From Lophium mytilinum (Eukaryota), in contig MU004191.1 in NCBI GenBank assembly GCA_010093605.1, positions 666,816 to 730,815 on the forward strand: a DNA stretch of 64,000 nt, in the 5' to 3' direction. Positions 46,878 to 58,335 of the stretch are shown here, in pieces (the first letter of the stretch is position 1; each line of letters opens with the position of its first letter). The notes under the pieces are model-generated. The model worked only from the letters and a program-made list of their open reading frames with translations. It did not search any database and was not told where the DNA came from. A program made the translations under genes and the position numbers.

Positions 46878-49692
46878 TTAAGCTTCATCCAGATCGTCGT
46901 TGCCTGACACATTAAATTTCTTCCGTCCCGTGCCAGTGAGTTTTTGCAGCGCAACTTTGTTGACTTGCGAGCCAACTTTCTTCTGCATCTTTTCAAGCTC
47001 TGCCTCTGCATCCTCGCCTTCTTCTTCTGCGTAATCAAGCACAAGGCGGCGACCGAGGAGATGCGTATTTCGTAGAGCATCAAGACAGTTTTCCGCTTCT
47101 CGTGGGGTGCTGAACTGAGCAAAGGCGAAACCTCTCGTTCGATTATCGAGCCGTTTCGGCACCCGGACTGACCGGACTTGGCCATACGTGGCGAGCAGGG
47201 CCCGAACATCCTTTTTGTCAGCTTCGAATGGCAAGTTCTTGATAACAATCTTAGTCTGCTTCCCCGAGCCTTTCTTAGACTTGTCCTCTTTGCGACGCTC
47301 TTCTGCGGCATCGTGTCCTTTGTGTGAGGCTCGAACAAGCAAGTTGTGATCGTCGAGAAGGTAATCATTCATCGCCACCTGTGCCGCTGCTGCTTGATCT
47401 TTGGTGCGGAACTCCAAGAAACCATATCCCATACTCAAGACTCCACGCTTAGGGTCGACTTTGGTTTTGACTTTGGCAGACAAGAATCCGTCCAAAGCAG
47501 AAAACGCTTCTGTGAGACGCTCGCTCGTGGTAGAGAAGTTTAGATTTCGCACAAAGAGCGTGGAGGTGTCGGCCGCTTCGGGCGATGGGTCTTCCTTTTG
47601 GAGCAAGTCAGTGGCAGACAATTTACTTGGCTGTCCCTTCTTGGAATCGACGGTCGCAGCCTGGATTTCGGTTGTAGCACCGAGCGGAGAAGGTGGCTTA
47701 GAGAAAAGGTCCTTTGGCGCTTTTTCGAGGAACAGGATTGAGTCCTTCACCTTGCGGTAGGAAAGTTTCCCAAACGCCTTTTTTGCGTCCGGGGCATTCA
47801 TGTACTCAACAATAGCGAGCGTACCGCTTGGAGGTAGCATAAACCTCGTTATAAGACCATACTCGGCGAACAGCTCTCGTATCTGAGTCCCACTGCCGTA
47901 TGGGAAATTCTTTATGAGGATAGCCTTATCTCCTCTCTCTCGCTTCTTGAAGGAATCCAAGTCAATTCCGTTCTCAGTGAAGTACGCTCTGGTTTCTGAA
48001 ATGAGGTGGGTTTCGGCTTGAGCCTGCTTCACACCAGCATCGGACGAAGTAGGGTCAAGCAGATCAGATTTTCGAACACCCAGCCGGTCGGCAATAGAAG
48101 AAAGAACGGAATCTTGCTGCGACGTATTAGCTTCTGTTCTAGAATACAATATAGTACACGTACGTTCATGTACAGCGAATTCCATTGAAATGTTTGCCTA
48201 TCTGCAGAAGCCTTTTTTTGTATCTTTTTTTGCATTTTGAGTGGAAGTTTTGAGATTTCAAACTCATCTAACTTCGTTTCTCGCTTTGCCTCGGCAGGCA
48301 GTACATGAAGTAAGCGACCCTGGAAAGTCTTCTTGTCTTTCTCGCGATAGGCTGCGACGGCATCTTCGGGATTGGTGTATTGGACGTATGCAAATCCTTT
48401 CCCTTGGCCCGTGGACGCGACCACCGGGACGTGGACCTGATCAACAGCTGTCAGTGACTTCTTTCTGGATTAGACATGAGTGTTTCTGCAGGTTCGGTGG
48501 GCCTTTGGTTTCAGAATACGAGACGCATCTACTAAAATAGTCTCCCTGGTAACATCATCTGCAGTGCATAAGATGTCCCTATCAGGATGTTCATCATATA
48601 AGGCGATAAAAAGAAAATTAGAGCCGCTCTCACCTCTCCAATCTCCCCAAAGGGCGCGAAATCCTTTCGAATTTCTTCTTCGAGATTTTCGCCGCTGGGT
48701 AATTGTATAGCGTATCCCAGATTTCGTAGGTACAGCCGACCGGTGGATAGTATTTTGGTTTCATTCGCATCTTCCCCGTCGTCTTCGTTGGCTCCATTCT
48801 GCTCCTCTGTGACATCGGCAGCGGTGCTTTCGATAACCTCGACCACATCAGGTTGCTGTGCTGGTACTATCGCGTCGGCAGGTCTCGCAGCTTCATTTCC
48901 ATTGTCTTCGAGATCCAGTAGCCTCTTTTTGCGTGAACGAAGCCAGTCGGCATCGGAGACCGGTCCGTCTGGCATCACCCGTACAGGCGCCTCATGAGCA
49001 GGTTGATGCTCTAAACTCTCATCGTGTTCATCTCGTTGGGACTTCCTGATGGCTACCGGATTGCCTGTGTTTTTCTCAGGCAGCTCTACGGACGCAGAGT
49101 TTTTCGACGTCTTCGCCACGACTTGATACTCGTCGTCGCTTTCGGCCGCATCGGCGGCCGGAAGCACTTCGGCGGGTGAGAATGCCTGTTCGACGGTCCT
49201 CTTCTTCAGTTTTGAAGCCGGCTGCATGGCATCCAGAAACTCTTCGAGCTTTGGGTCGGACGGCTGCTGCTGGACCTCTTGACCAGGTCTCTTGCGCTTC
49301 AAGGCATTCTCAATTGGCGCACCATTGCTCCCACTGAGCTTTGGTTGGAATGGGCCATCGTTTGCAGACCGACCTTTTGATTTCGCCGGCGGTTGATCGG
49401 AGATCTGTTGGAGAAAATTTCGTATTAGCTCTAGTTTGGGCTAGAAACACTGGAGGGTGCTCACAGGACGAGCGATCTCGACGTACAGCCTGGACGTCCT
49501 GAGGAACGCCTTGTTGAAGTATTTGACAGCTTTGGCGGCGTCTTCTGGGGATTTGTAGCCCACATAGCCAATCTGGCGGTGGGGCAGCACCTTTGCGTCG
49601 GTGATGGGCTGCTGGGACGAGAAGTAGCGTCTGAACTCGTCCTCCGTAATGGCGGGCGGGAGGCCTCGAACGAAGATGCGCGACGAGGCCAT
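46878..49692 (-). CDS. MRD1: Multiple-RRM ribosome biogenesis factor Mrd1 (RBM19)
   Basis: SRIFVRGLPP...IGYVGYKS, GRLYLRNL, GKGFAYVQY, FQGRLLHVLPA, WNSLYMN, TLFVRNLNFST, SMGYGFLEF, RGFAFAQF, THLLGRRLVLDYA; three introns. Confidence 0.93.
48501..48604 (-). ncRNA. Intronic box C/D snoRNA-like element in MRD1 intron 2
   Basis: C box ATGATGA (48591-48597), D box CTGA (48511-48514) and terminal stem GCCTT/AAGGC, inside an unusually long 197-nt intron (48437-48633). Confidence 0.65.
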
Positions 49693-50011
49693 GGCGGTGT
49701 ATATGGGTGTAATTTCGGGGTCGCGAGTGAAGTCGCGAAAAAGTTGGGCAGTTCCTTAGCGGCAGTATTTCTATGGGCTTGGCACACTGCAAGGTCCACC
49801 CACCCACCGTTTACCGCCGCCTCCAGCCCCCCGCAACGAAGCAGCCCTCCTCGACCGCGCATCCCCGAGAGCAGGCGGCAGCTCACTACTCACTACTACT
49901 CCCACGCCCTTCACATACTAGACCTGCAGCTACTGCACATCCTCCGTCCCACCCGTGCCCATGAATTCTCCCTCGTCGCTCTCTATCAAATCTACCCCGC
50001 GGTCCGCCAAT

Positions 50012-50654
50012 ATGGACTCCAAGGAGAAGCCCGACGGTCAGCTCCGCGATATGCTTCCGCGCAGCAGTCTGTAATATTTGCTAATTCCATCATTTTTAGC
50101 TCAAATCAAGTCCGCCGATATGGTATAGTCTATGCCCATTGAATTGCCCAACACATCTGACCATTCCTGCGAATAGAGCGAAGAGATGCAGCAGGAAGCC
50201 GTTGAAGTTGGTATGTAACCGACCGAAGTCGCTTTACATTCACCCTTCAGAAGCGCTAACCAAGTTAAACAGCTCAAGAAGCCATGGAAAAGTACAACAT
50301 TGAGAAGGTATGACTTATGCTGCCGCATGCGCCCGCTTCCAGCCTCTGTCGTCGAAGTCACCGCAGCTCTAACGCGTCGTGTAGGACATTGCGCAGTACA
50401 TCAAGAAAGAGGTAAGCTAAACACAGTCTGCCCGCACATGGAGAGCAATGAGCTCACAATAAGTCAGTTCGATAGCCGCAAGGGAGCTACCTGGCATTGC
50501 ATCGTGGGGAGGAACTTCGGAAGCTTCGTCACGCATGGTGCGCCACCTTCGATCGCATCACCTCTACGCATACACTGACACTTCTTCAGAAACGAAACAC
50601 TTCATCTATTTCTACCTAGGTCACTGCGCTATCCTGCTCTTCAAGACGCAGTAG
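50012..50654 (+). CDS. DYN2: Dynein light chain LC8 (NudG/Dyn2)
   Basis: Seven small exons splice to [92 protein letters not shown]. Confidence 0.95.
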
Positions 50655-51283
50655 AGGCGGCGTTCGGCGTTCAAAAAGTGGTCGACGGGGCTGTCGCACG
50701 AACGAATTACGATATGGGAGATGACCTCACGCTGTACATGGGACAACGGCATCACGAGCCCGACGAGCCACTACGACTGGTTGATGATGGTAATGAGCGT
50801 CGACGAGGCTAGGGTTTCTTGGCAATACCATTATATTCCACTTCTTTCTGCGATATCACCCTTGATTCACGGGCGCTTACGGAAACTGAGCAAGGTCAGT
50901 CGGGCCTCATGTTGGAATATAGGGGAATCGTTATGGCAGAAATTGCAGTATCTGTTATATCCGTGAGCGGCTACTAGGACTGTTCATAGCACCTAATAAT
51001 TGAAGGCGTACCTCACATACAATTTGAAGATACCTCGGACTAGCTTTCTTCACCATTTTGCTGCGCCACACCATGCCACGCCACCTAGGTGTTCGTGCCT
51101 TTAGGTTGTAGGTAGCTTTGGTCCTCGGCTCTCGTCGTCATACCAAGCACCCGAGACAAACGGCCGCGTAACATCTGTTGCGGCGTGTCAACCCATCACT
51201 GTTAACACTTCATTCACCTTCCTCGCCACCGACCTACACATTAATCCCCGACATTCATATTACGAGAGCTCCTTCGAACCACC

Positions 51284-51791
51284 ATGTGTCTCGTCTTCAC
51301 CTGTGGCAATCACAGTAAACGCGCCACCCTTGACAGATTTAATAGCCACAAAGCTAACGTGATCCCGCGCAGCTTTCCAGAGCCGCCTCGAAGGCGCAGA
51401 AAACCTCACAGTACAATGCCAAAACTGCGGTAACCTCAGCGGCCACGTCTACAAGCGCTGGTAGGACGGCCTCCCCAGTTCCTCAACGCTTGCGACTGAC
51501 AAGTTTGCGCCACAGGCAATGGTTCACCTTCTGCTTCGTCCCTTTGATACCTTACTCTGTGAAGCCTTGGAGGGTACGTATAGCGATTATAGCTGTTCCG
51601 GCGATGTAGAACTTGTGCTAATGATGATCTAGGAAGTCGGTTGCCACATTTGTAACTTCTACCAAGACATCAAATATCGGCCCGACGTGCAAGCGCAGCT
51701 TGGAAACGGCGAAGCAGGCCTTCCGATGCACAACCAGCCAGGAGGGCCACCTAAGCAGCCTGAAGGACCACGGCCGGCGCAATACAAGTAG
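51284..51791 (+). CDS. Small zinc-ribbon protein (missed by the ORF track)
   Basis: Four exons with canonical splice sites: MCLVFTCGNHT-FQSRLEGAENLTVQCQNCGNLSGHVYKRW-QWFTFCFVPLIPYSVKPWR-EVGCHICNFYQDIKYRPDV...; two CxxC pairs flank a hydrophobic FCFVPLIP loop. Confidence 0.8.
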
Positions 51792-52392
51792 GGCGATATA
51801 GCGTGTTGAGGGACTTGGGGTCGTGGTAGTTGACACCTGGAGGCTGATTCGTCGTTGCGGTTGCGTAACTGGAGTATTGGCAATGGAATTCTACACTGGT
51901 GTACGGATTGCGAGGCATTTGCAGGCGGACATGCTCTCTTTCTATCCAGAAACCGAGCTGCCTGGGTTCCGAACTGGCTAAAGCATCTGGACAAGGCGTT
52001 TAGGGACCTGCTTGTAACAATACCCGGATCGGTAGTCTTTAAAACTGGAAAGTGGTTGTACTAGATCTGGTAGATTTCTCTATGAACGACAGCATAGCTG
52101 CTACTCTGTACAACAGAACCAAGCTACTATTTGAATCATAATTTATGTGACTGATCCGTGGAGCTGATTGGCTGGGTACCTGGAGGCGGGACGAAACCCC
52201 GCCAAAATTTCTCTGTCATATTCACCAAGAAAGTTCACATCCACGCCCCATTTCTTTTCTACGCATCTCTCTCCTCTTAACCATCCTCCTCATGCGTATA
52301 CGGTGACCTCACGCCTCCAACTGACGGCGACATCCTTCCTCCGTCAGTCCACACCTCTTCGCCGACAACAACGCGAAGCTAGGTATTCCACG

Positions 52393-53548
52393 ATGGCAAC
52401 GCCACCACCTCCCCCGCCGGACACCAAAGCTTCGAAAATGAGTAAACTCGACCAGCTCTACGAAAAATGCGCCGCGCTACCCCCCGAGACCGTTTTTCAC
52501 CAGCGCGACTTGGCCGACATGCAAGTCACTGACGACAGCAATGGCCTTCTGCTCATCATCCAACAAATGGTCGCGTCTTGGTTGATGCTGACTCTACAAT
52601 GGGATGGAGCACCATGCTGGAAGATCCGACCCCGAGAAGTGGCAGCGGCGTAAGAAGGGATTCGATGTATTCTCCACGCTTCAAAGCTGACATGTCTACC
52701 ATAGTATGAAGACATTGGTGAAAGAGGAGCGGGAAATCTATCTCGCTATCGAAGCAACAGGCACCCAAGCCATCTGGACCAAGAGCCTGAAGTCAAGAAC
52801 CGGCCAAATCAGCCAAACGGTGCTGAATAAGACGCTCAAGCACCTCCAAGCCAAGGGCCTGATCAAGTGCATCAGCAACATCAAGTTCCCTACCCGGAAG
52901 TACTACATCCTCGCCGGCCTCGAAGCCTCCGAGGACATCGTCGGTGGCCCCTGGCACGGCGACGGCGAGCTCGACCTCGATCTCATCGATGCCATCTCCG
53001 AGATCGTAGTCCGATACGTCGAGAAAGAGAGCTGGGTGGAGCAGAAGAGCGCCGTCAACAAGCTCGCCATAGCTAAGAAGCGCGCGGCGGTCCTGAAAGC
53101 ACAAGACGCTGCTGCTGCCAACCAACCTGAGAGTATCCCGGACATCGAGAGCACCCCGCCGCTCTTCCGTCCTTATCTGGGCCAGCACGGCTTCCCTCTT
53201 ATCCCGCAGCCTGCTGGTTACAAGCACTACCCGACGTGCGCCTCGATCCTCGACCACATCGTGGGTTCCGGTCTGCTGAACAACCTTACCCTGCAAGAGC
53301 AAGACCTACAGCAGCTCCTAGACAACATGGTGTTTGACGGAAAGCTGGAACGAATGGGAGCCATGGGCTACCGCACTGTCCGCGGTGCCGCCGCTGAATC
53401 AAGAGGACCTGACGATATCGGAATTGCCAACGGCTTCACAGAGGCTCCTTGTGGAAGATGTCCCGTGTTCTCCCAGTGTGAGGAAGGCGGCCCTGTGAAT
53501 GCCACATCTTGCGTGTACTTCACGGAGTGGCTGGCGAGGAATTTATGA
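52393..53548 (+). CDS. RPC34: RNA polymerase III subunit C34 (RPC6)
   Basis: Winged-helix segments, GGPWHGDGELD, LQQLLDNMVFDGKLE and C-terminal Fe-S motif PCGRCPVFSQCEEGGPVNATSCVYFTEWL; intron 52650-52704. Confidence 0.92.
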
Positions 53549-54990
53549 GTTTGGAGATTTCCTACGTATAGGTAATTTGTCAGGTTTGGGCGGCGTCTGG
53601 TCATCTGACCCTCATTTGGATTGCATAGCATGGTGTCTAAGGCTCGTCTATAATTGGGCATTGGGTGCGTTGGAGGGCTCGCTATATACCAAAATCCATC
53701 AGCTTGTGAGTGGAAAAATTATCACGTTGAAAACTCGTAGTGGCTCTGTATTGTCCTTCTAGGGCTGTCGTCGTTATGTGTAACGGGGATGGAGTTAAAA
53801 ACGTGGCGTTATCTTATCTATCCTTCCTGCTCATCTGTTTGGGGTTGATTTCTTTTGGTGAGACAATCCATCTTCTTCGCTTCTTTAGGAACGCAGCCGT
53901 CCGATCCGACCAACGTATGGAAACAGACAACGAACAATTGAGGAAGAACTAGCAGCAAGACCAATTGGTCGATTTCACCGTGCTTGAGCTGGTGAATGGG
54001 TATTTGGATCATTTCCGAGATATTTTCACAAAGGCGCCTATGGGGAGGCTATCACGTCAAAAACTCGCAGAGTCCATCCGAGCAAGGCCGGCAGCCGGGG
54101 AGACGGAGAAGGCAATTAGTCTGCATCAGTTGATAGGATCTGCGAAACATGTGCGCCAGAGCATGAGTCGTAAGGGTTGAGGCGAACGAAGATAGAAGCC
54201 TTGCAGATGAAGGATTCTAGCCTGCATTGGACCCCCTCTCGCATTCGTATTCTTCTTCCTTGTTCTCGAAGACAAGAACGTGTCTACAAAACGTGACAAG
54301 CATAAGTCACACAACAATCCAACCAATAGCAACACTCTCGCGAAGAACTAGATCAGCCTCAGGGACCGCAACATCCCCGAAAGACACGAAAGGCTACCAA
54401 TTATATTTCGGTCGATCTCCCGAAGACCCCTAAAACAAGGGTTCGAAGTTTCAGATATTTTGGGATCTTGAAACGGGGTTTGCTAGCGCTGATTGGAACG
54501 AGGGTTGGGGGAGGTAAGGAAAAATCATACATAAGGGAAAATTCCCACAGGAAGGGCTGCAGATAAGGCTACCCCCTCTAGCTGAGGAAGATTGGACGTT
54601 GTCCGGGTCTGCGGGACCCTGGGGTCGGATCATTTTCTTCTATGGACCCTGATTAGGAGGATGTGCTGCAATTGGGTTCTTTGGGCTTGGTGATGTGATG
54701 GAATTGATCCGCGCAGGAACTAGAAATGTGATTTGCGTGCATGAGGGGAGATGGTGTGACTTAGGAGGTAGCAGGTTAAAAGCGTTCTGGAAACACTTCG
54801 TGAAAATGATGATGGGAGAGAAGTGTGAACATCTTTGGGTTGGGATATAAACTGCCATGAGCGGCGTCGATTCGAATCCAGCAGCCTTCTCTTCATCTCA
54901 ACACTCTCTTTTTGATTGTTTCAGCAAATAGACTTCTCTTCTTGTACGCTCATTACCATACTTTCCCGTTCAACGGAGGATTTAGCAAAG

Positions 54991-56046
54991 ATGGTTACTA
55001 AGGTTCAGCAACTCTCCAAGGGAGATACAGAGAAAAATAGCCCGACCGAGGTCAGCCACCATCCTTATCCAAAGACACCGCACACCTCTCACACCCCGCA
55101 GGTTCCTAAAGATAGACCATTCGCTTACCACGCCTACACAATCTGGCTCTTCGCCCGCCGCGACATCGCCTCCATCGTCCTCCCAGAGACCTGTTTCGGC
55201 ATCTTCAGCGCCCTTGCCGGGCCCCTTCTGACCACCAACCCCCACCCCACCGTCTTCTCAATCATCTCCCGCATTCCCCTCGTGCTTCTATGGAACTGGC
55301 TCAACGTCCTCCTCTTCGGCATCGCCAACCAACGCCTCCCGCAATCCGTCCTCGAAGACTCCATCAACAAATCATGGCGCCCGCTCCCAGCCGGCCGCCT
55401 AACCCAAACCGACGCACGCCGACTCCTCCTCGCCGTCATCCCCGCCGTCTTCGCAGCAAGCTGGTTCCTCGGCGGCATGCCCGAATCAGTCGCGCTCATG
55501 GTCCTCACATGGATGTACAACGACCTCGGCGCCGCGGACGAGCACTTCCACCTCCGCAACCTAATCAACGCGTGCGGCTTCATGTGCTACAGCTCCGGCG
55601 CAACGACCGTGGCGGCCGGCTACCGCCGCTACGCGCTCAACAACACGGCATACACGTGGATCGGGATGATCGGCGCAATCGTGCTGACGTCGCTGTCGCT
55701 GCAGGACTTGCCGGATGTGGAGGGGGATGCGGCGACGGGCCGGCTGACGCTGCCGCTGCTGCACGGCGATGTGGTGGCGCGCTGGGCGATTGCGGTGCCG
55801 GTGCTCATGTGGTCGCTCGTGTGTCCGGCGTTCTGGGGACTGAGTTGGCCAGGGTGGTTGGTGTCGGTTGGGTTTGGGGCGCTGGTTGCCTTTAGGGTGT
55901 TGTTGAAGAGGGGGGTGGTGGCGGATAAGGTTAGTTGGAAGCTGTGGTGTTTGTGGACGGCGGTGTTGTATTCGCTGCCGCTTTTTAAGAATGGCACCGC
56001 GTTGGTGGAGTGCGGGCTGGGCCTGCTGAAGGGTATGGGGTTCTGA
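54991..56046 (+). CDS. UbiA-superfamily membrane prenyltransferase, probably a UbiA-type terpene cyclase
   Basis: Multiple TM helices; NQRLPQSVLEDSINKSWRPLPAGR, WMYNDLG and QDLPDVEGD...GRLTLP motifs. Confidence 0.8.
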   Translation: MVTKVQQLSKGDTEKNSPTEVSHHPYPKTPHTSHTPQVPKDRPFAYHAYTIWLFARRDIASIVLPETCFGIFSALAGPLLTTNPHPTVFSIISRIPLVLLWNWLNVLLFGIANQRLPQSVLEDSINKSWRPLPAGRLTQTDARRLLLAVIPAVFAASWFLGGMPESVALMVLTWMYNDLGAADEHFHLRNLINACGFMCYSSGATTVAAGYRRYALNNTAYTWIGMIGAIVLTSLSLQDLPDVEGDAATGRLTLPLLHGDVVARWAIAVPVLMWSLVCPAFWGLSWPGWLVSVGFGALVAFRVLLKRGVVADKVSWKLWCLWTAVLYSLPLFKNGTALVECGLGLLKGMGF

Positions 56047-56377
56047 AGAGCTTGAGACGTTTTCGCATAGCAGGCTAGGGTGGTTACGTTTGCGCGCTGG
56101 CACTGCGGAAATGCTTTTTAGGGGAGCTTCAACCCTCTGCGAGGGGAGATGCCTGCGCTGGTTCGACAGGCAAGCATTTAGATCCTAGATCTTACTTTCA
56201 AGATTTGTGGAAGATTCGATGTCATTCCTTTCGTACATGCTCAGACTTTAAATAAAAATACAAAGAGTTGAAGTATAGACTCGCTATGCGGAAAATATGC
56301 GTTTGATATGCAGTTTTGTTCATGAAAGCAGTTCCAGTTTCGTACCTCATCGTCTGGTCATTGAACAATGGAATATC

Positions 56378-57209
56378 TCACGACCTTTTCTCGAGCTTCG
56401 GAGGCTTCTTTCGAGCCTTCTCCGCGCTTTCGGAAGTTTGGGATGCCTCTTCCTTCCGGGGGTTTCGCACTTCGATCTTGCGAGGCGCTTTCTTAGGCTT
56501 TGGTTGCGATGGAGATGACTCATCGGGCTCCGCTTGGTTTGCCCCTTCTGGAGCCATCGGAGAGTCCTGAGGGGAGTTAGCATACGGCAATGAGCATACT
56601 AAGCCCTTCAGCTCGTGCTTTTTGACTCACTTCTCTTACAGAGCCCTCGTCTCCCTCTGGTATTTCGATCTTTTCCCCATCTGAAACCCTATACATCTCT
56701 CCATTCTCCACTTTGACTTCCTCGCCATCAGGTAGGTTCAGTTTCTCCCCACCGGGTATCTTGATTTGCTTCCCGTCCGGCAGCTTCAGCCACGGTCCGT
56801 GTATGACGCCAGTCCCCGCTCCAATCAATATCCCCAACCCCGTCGTTGGAATCGCAGCGAGGCCTCCTACAAGTGTTCCGACGACTGCGCCAATCCCCAT
56901 GCCCACACCGGCTCCAATGCCTCCGCCGCCAAAGCCCCCCTGCCAGGCGCCGCTCTGAAGCCGTTGCGCAGCTTTCCCAAGGCTCTTCGCCTTCTTCTCA
57001 CATTCCCGAAGCTCTTTGAGTGCCTTTTCCTTGGTTTCTGGGTCGACGGCTTCATCGACGCGTCGTTTGGCGTCCTCGGCACCTTTCTGCGCGTCGACAG
57101 ATTGCTGGGCGTACTCGGAGGCTTGGTTAAGCTGTTTCTCTACTTGTTGCTGGCTCATGCTGGAGGGATTGAGTTTGGAGACCATGTTTGCGGGATTCCA
57201 CGACGACAT
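56378..57209 (-). CDS. Glycine-zipper-containing hypothetical protein
   Basis: Coiled-coil followed by GGFGGGGIGAGVGMGIGAVVGTLVGG...GVIHGPW; intron 56567-56630; C-terminal PRKIEVR / PPKLEKRS motifs. Confidence 0.75.
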
Positions 57210-57400
57210 GCTGCTGCTCTGGAAGTACTGTGAGTTTATCAGAGGGTGGAGACTACAGGCGGGTGGAGGTTTGTTGATGCAAAATGTGGTGAACTTGGAA
57301 CGCGATGCGAGATGACGTCTGCAGCTAGATGGATTGGGACCTCGTATTCCAATTCCTTGCGTAGATCTTGCCCGTGACATTCCCTTGCACTTCTATAGCA

Positions 57401-57460
57401 TCTTCATCTCCACCCCCTCATTGTCTTCATCTCCACCCCCTCATTGTCTTCATCTCCACC
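57401..57460. repeat. 23-bp tandem repeat (TCTTCATCTCCACCCCCTCATTG), ~2.6 copies
   Basis: Read directly from the sequence. Confidence 0.85.
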
Positions 57461-57662
57461 ATCTTCATTGCGATTCCTTCGTAGTTCCATGATCACGAAG
57501 GGATTACTTTGACGACTCGACGAGGCTGCCGGTCCCTAGGCGACTCAGCGCGCTCAACGCGCTTCTTCATTCGTTCACGCTATGAAAAGATGTAATGAGA
57601 CGGGAAAATGAAGCAGTATATCTTCAGACATTGAAATACGTAGTCTTCCACGTACACCATCC

Positions 57663-58335
57663 TCACAAGCTCCCCGCATAGTCATAAAAGACCGTCGCAT
57701 TCTTCACGTCCTTCCCCTTCCTCGCGATCAACTTCCGCACATACCGTCTCTCCTTCTTGCCCCCAACCTCCACCTCCGTAAACCCCCAGATTTGCCAGCA
57801 AATCCACCCCTTCTTATCACTAACAACCGCAAAATCTATCGCATCCGCGGTCTCCATCTCCACTCCCCACCCCTTTTTCAAATTCTCCACATCCTCCTCC
57901 TGCACCCCCTCCGGCCCGTCTTCTTTCTTCAAGTCCGCCAACTTGACCCAGCGCGTCCGCCCTTTCTGCTCCCCAAAGACGTAGTCTGACTGCGGCCGCC
58001 ACTCGCCGTCCACTGTGCGCAGCTCTGGGAAGCCTTTCAAGCCACCCGTGCCCATTTGGTCGAGGTCGACGTGGGAGATTTCGGGCTTGGTTGCGTCGGG
58101 GTACTGCTTCACGTGCAATGTGACGGTCGCCACGCTGACGGCTTTGCGGAGGAGCCAGCCGACGTTTTGGAGCGCGAGGACTTCGCCCATGTCGTCGGAG
58201 AGGCTTTTACTCTGCGGTAATGGATGAGAAATGCTAGGCCGGCGGGCTAGGAGTGTTAATAGAGGGGACGGGGCAAAATACCATGACCCATTTGCCATTG
58301 AGATCCTTCGTCGATGCTGAATCTGGAGCTGCCAT
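57663..58335 (-). CDS. Conserved fungal lipid-binding/calycin-like hypothetical protein
   Basis: MAAPDSASTKDLNGKWVM, intron 58212-58281, then SKSLSDDMGEVLALQNVGWLLRKA...WQIWGF...RRYVRK...FYDY. Confidence 0.75.

Noticed and set aside
874..56046. Secondary-metabolite cluster linking the P450 and the UbiA-type enzyme
   Set aside because: They are over 50 kb apart and separated by housekeeping genes.
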